DNA from: Candidatus Marinacidobacterales bacterium
GTDB taxonomy: Bacteria > Acidobacteriota > Vicinamibacteria > Marinacidobacterales > DATDRI01
Assembly (NCBI GenBank): GCA_965219415.1
Contig: OZ244742.1
Span: forward strand, 704,001 to 768,000
Length of the DNA: 64,000 nt
Direction: 5' to 3'
Part shown: positions 61,297-64,000 of the stretch, one piece after another
Layout: every line of letters starts with the position of its first letter
Numbering within the stretch: position 1 is the first letter of the stretch
Position numbers and translations under genes: made by a program
The notes under the pieces: model-generated
What the model was told of the DNA's origin: nothing
What the model saw: the letters and a program-made list of their open reading frames with translations, nothing else
Database searches by the model: none

Positions 61297-62703
61297 CTAG
61301 ACGTCCGACTCGAGGAGCTGGCGAGCCCTTCCGATCTGGTCGCTGACGGCGCCCGAAGCCACGCCGCCCCGAGAATCTCTCCGCTCGACCGACGCCCGGT
61401 AGTCCCAGACCTGGGCGACGTCTTCCTCGAACACATCCGAGAACTCGCGTAGCGACGACAGGTCCATCTCGTCAGGGTCGGTTCCCCGTTCCGCGGCACC
61501 CGATAGAACTTCACCGACGATCTGATGCGCCCGTCTGAAATCGACCCCTTTCCCCACTAGATAGTCGGCGAGGTCGGTGGCGAGAAGATCGGATGAGAGC
61601 GCCGCCTTCATCGCATCGGCGTGGACGACGATCGACTCGACCGTTCCCCGGACGACGGGAAGCGTCGCCGCCAGCGTATCGATGGCGTCGAAGACCGGCT
61701 CTTTGTCTTCTTGGAGGTCTCGTTGATAGCCGGTAGGAAGCCCTTTGACCGTGGTGAGAACGGCCGTCAGATCCCCGAGCACCCGTCCGCACTTGCCTCG
61801 CGTCAGCTCGAGACCATCGGGGTTTCTCTTTTGCGGCATCAGGCTGCTGCCGGTGGCATAGGCTTCGTCGATCTCGATGAAGCCGAACTCGCGGGTGGAC
61901 CACAAAATGAGATCCTCCGCCATTCGCGAAAGGTTCGTTGCCAAAATGGATGCGGCGGACAAGAACTCCAGGGCGAAATCCCGCGAGGAGATGGCATCGA
62001 TGCTGTTTTCGAGAATCGAAACAAACCCCAACTCTTCGGCAAGCGTCTCGCGATCGATTCCCATGGGGTTTCCGGCAAGCGCGCCCGCCCCCAGCGGAAG
62101 CTGGAGAATCCGGGTGCGCGCCTCGGCGAAACGCTCCCGATCCCTTTGCAGAGCCCAGAAATAGGAGAGCAAGTAATGCGCGAAGACCACGGGTTGTCCC
62201 CGGCGCATGTGCGTATAGCCAGGCATGAGAACATCGTGCGTCTCTTGAGCACGTACGACGAGCGTTTCTTGAAGGCTTCGGATCTCGTCCCGAAGCGATG
62301 GAATGACGGCTCCCAAATGAAGACGGAACCCCGTCACCGCCAAATCGTTCCGACTTCGTCCCGCCGGGAGCTTTCCGGCCAGCTCCGGCCCGACGACCTC
62401 CCCTAACAATCGCTCAGCAGCGGTATGAATGTCCTCGTCGGTTTCGAGGAAAGGGGTGGGCCCTTTCTGCAACTGGCGGCCGACCTCGTCCAGTCCTTGC
62501 TCGATGGTGCGGCACTCGGAATCGGAAAGAATGCCGGTGCGGCGGAGCGCCCGCGCGTAGACTTGGTTGATGTGGACTTCTTCCGCCCAAAGACGACGAT
62601 CGAAATCGATGGAGCGACCGAGATCCTCTAGGGATTGTGCGGTTGGTTTGCGGAAACGGCCTCCCCAAAGTTTCGACGGCGGTCGACCCGCCGGCGACTT
62701 CAT
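61297..62703 (-). CDS. argH: argininosuccinate lyase
   Basis: [37 protein letters not shown]. Confidence 0.96.
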   Translation of the reverse strand: MKSPAGRPPSKLWGGRFRKPTAQSLEDLGRSIDFDRRLWAEEVHINQVYARALRRTGILSDSECRTIEQGLDEVGRQLQKGPTPFLETDEDIHTAAERLLGEVVGPELAGKLPAGRSRNDLAVTGFRLHLGAVIPSLRDEIRSLQETLVVRAQETHDVLMPGYTHMRRGQPVVFAHYLLSYFWALQRDRERFAEARTRILQLPLGAGALAGNPMGIDRETLAEELGFVSILENSIDAISSRDFALEFLSAASILATNLSRMAEDLILWSTREFGFIEIDEAYATGSSLMPQKRNPDGLELTRGKCGRVLGDLTAVLTTVKGLPTGYQRDLQEDKEPVFDAIDTLAATLPVVRGTVESIVVHADAMKAALSSDLLATDLADYLVGKGVDFRRAHQIVGEVLSGAAERGTDPDEMDLSSLREFSDVFEEDVAQVWDYRASVERRDSRGGVASGAVSDQIGRARQLLESDV

Positions 62704-64000
62704 CCCGTATTCCCCTCCCGGGATGAGACCATCTCCGGAGCGCGCCGGCCGGAAGGGGCGTTCTTTTTTTCCTTTTCTTCCCATCGTCGGATGGATGGTG
62801 ACGGAGACGGTAAGGCCGACTGCAAAGCTAGGCGGCGGATCTTCTGTGGCAAGCCGAACAGGTGAATGAACCCTTCGGCATCCGCCTGGCTATAGACTTC
62901 GTCGTGACCGAACGTCGCAAATTCTTCGCGATACAGACTGAAGGCGGAGCTCCGGCCGGTGACTCGCACCGACCCTTTGTAAAGCTCTAGCCGCACTCGA
63001 CCGCTCGCGGTCTCCTGAGTCGACTCCACGAATGCGTCGAGCGCTTCCCGGAGCGGCGAGAACCACTGTCCATTGTAAACGAGCTCTGAATAGCGAAGCG
63101 CGACGCCAGCCTTGAAGTGAGAGGCCTCTCGGTCGAGACAAATGCTTTCGATGGCCTCGTGAGCCTCGCGAAGGATGCTTCCTCCAGGAGTCTCGTAGAC
63201 GCCGCGTGATTTCATCCCCACTAACCGGTTCTCGACGATATCGATTCGCCCCACGCCGTGCCGAGCCCCAATCTCGTTGAGCCGTTCGAGAAGCTGGACC
63301 GGCTCGAGCGGTTTGCCGTCCACGGCCACAGGATAGCCGCGGCGGAACTCCACTTCGACAGACTCCGGTTGGGCAGGTGCATCGACCGGGTGCTTGGTCA
63401 ACATGTACATGTCGTCTTCGGGAGCGGCCCAAGGATCCTCTAGGATGCCCCCTTCGTGACTCAGGTGAAGCAGATTCCCATCCCGGCTGTACAGATTCTC
63501 TGCAGTCTGAGCAACGGGAATCCCGCGTGCCTCGGCGTACGCCAACGCGTCCTCGCGGGAGCGGATCTCCCACTCACGCCACGGCGCGATGACTTTCAAA
63601 TGAGGCGCAAGCGCCAAATAGGTCAGCTCGAAACGAACCTGGTCGTTGCCTTTGCCGGTACAACCATGGGCCACCGACGTAGCGCCCTCCCGCTCGGCGA
63701 TCTCGACTTGGCGGCGAGCGATGACGGGGCGGGCCAGCGAGGTACCGAGGAGGTACTTACCCTCGTAGCGGGCTCCGGCGCGGAGCGAGTGAAAAAAGTA
63801 GTCGCGGACGAACTCGGTCCGCAGGTCTTCCACGAAGGCCTGGGAGGCCCCGATGGCGAGGGCCTTTTCCGCCGCCCCCTCGAGGTCTTCGCCTTGACCG
63901 ACATCAGCCAACATGGCGATGACTTCGCAGTCGTAGTTCTCTTTGAGCCAGGGGATCGCCACCGAGGTGTCGAGCCCTCCCGAATAGGCTAGGACGACCT
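62700..64000 (-). CDS. argG: argininosuccinate synthase (start lies beyond the window)
   Basis: [12 protein letters not shown] at the window edge, [27 protein letters not shown]. Confidence 0.96.
   Translation of the reverse strand, partial: VVLAYSGGLDTSVAIPWLKENYDCEVIAMLADVGQGEDLEGAAEKALAIGASQAFVEDLRTEFVRDYFFHSLRAGARYEGKYLLGTSLARPVIARRQVEIAEREGATSVAHGCTGKGNDQVRFELTYLALAPHLKVIAPWREWEIRSREDALAYAEARGIPVAQTAENLYSRDGNLLHLSHEGGILEDPWAAPEDDMYMLTKHPVDAPAQPESVEVEFRRGYPVAVDGKPLEPVQLLERLNEIGARHGVGRIDIVENRLVGMKSRGVYETPGGSILREAHEAIESICLDREASHFKAGVALRYSELVYNGQWFSPLREALDAFVESTQETASGRVRLELYKGSVRVTGRSSAFSLYREEFATFGHDEVYSQADAEGFIHLFGLPQKIRRLALQSALPSPSPSIRRWEEKEKKNAPSGRRAPEMVSSREGNTG

Overview
GC-rich bacterial chromosome segment; the gene style suggests an Acidobacteriota-like organism, which is inference only. 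It has four parts. (1) 1-7205: a minus-strand catabolic cluster (APC permease, two 3-hydroxyacyl-CoA dehydrogenase-like genes, a BKACE/Kce cleavage enzyme, a CocE/NonD hydrolase) split by an IS256. (2) 7215-15110: a run of short minus-strand accessory genes. (3) About 15129-33805: a chromosomal integron whose intI points toward its own cassette array, with at least 7 attC sites, heavily invaded by IS3, IS30, IS256 and IS110 elements. (4) 33863-64000: core genes (ltaE, hemW, moxR-bat operon, nnrE, ybaK, HemQ-like, VPS10-type hydrolases, DUF3604, argH, argG). Main findings: (a) a tandem IS110 whose non-coding end carries readable bridge-RNA-like guides matching its own donor junction and the A8-GCC frameshift motif of an IS3 element, into which it has inserted; (b) a tyrosine recombinase plus IS91-type HUH/Y2 transposase module built like a complete integron cassette in array position 1; (c) a cassette methyltransferase with in-frame TGA-TGA followed by a SECIS-like hairpin, a candidate dual-selenocysteine protein. 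Many single-base frameshifts, some in homopolymers, may be assembly errors.
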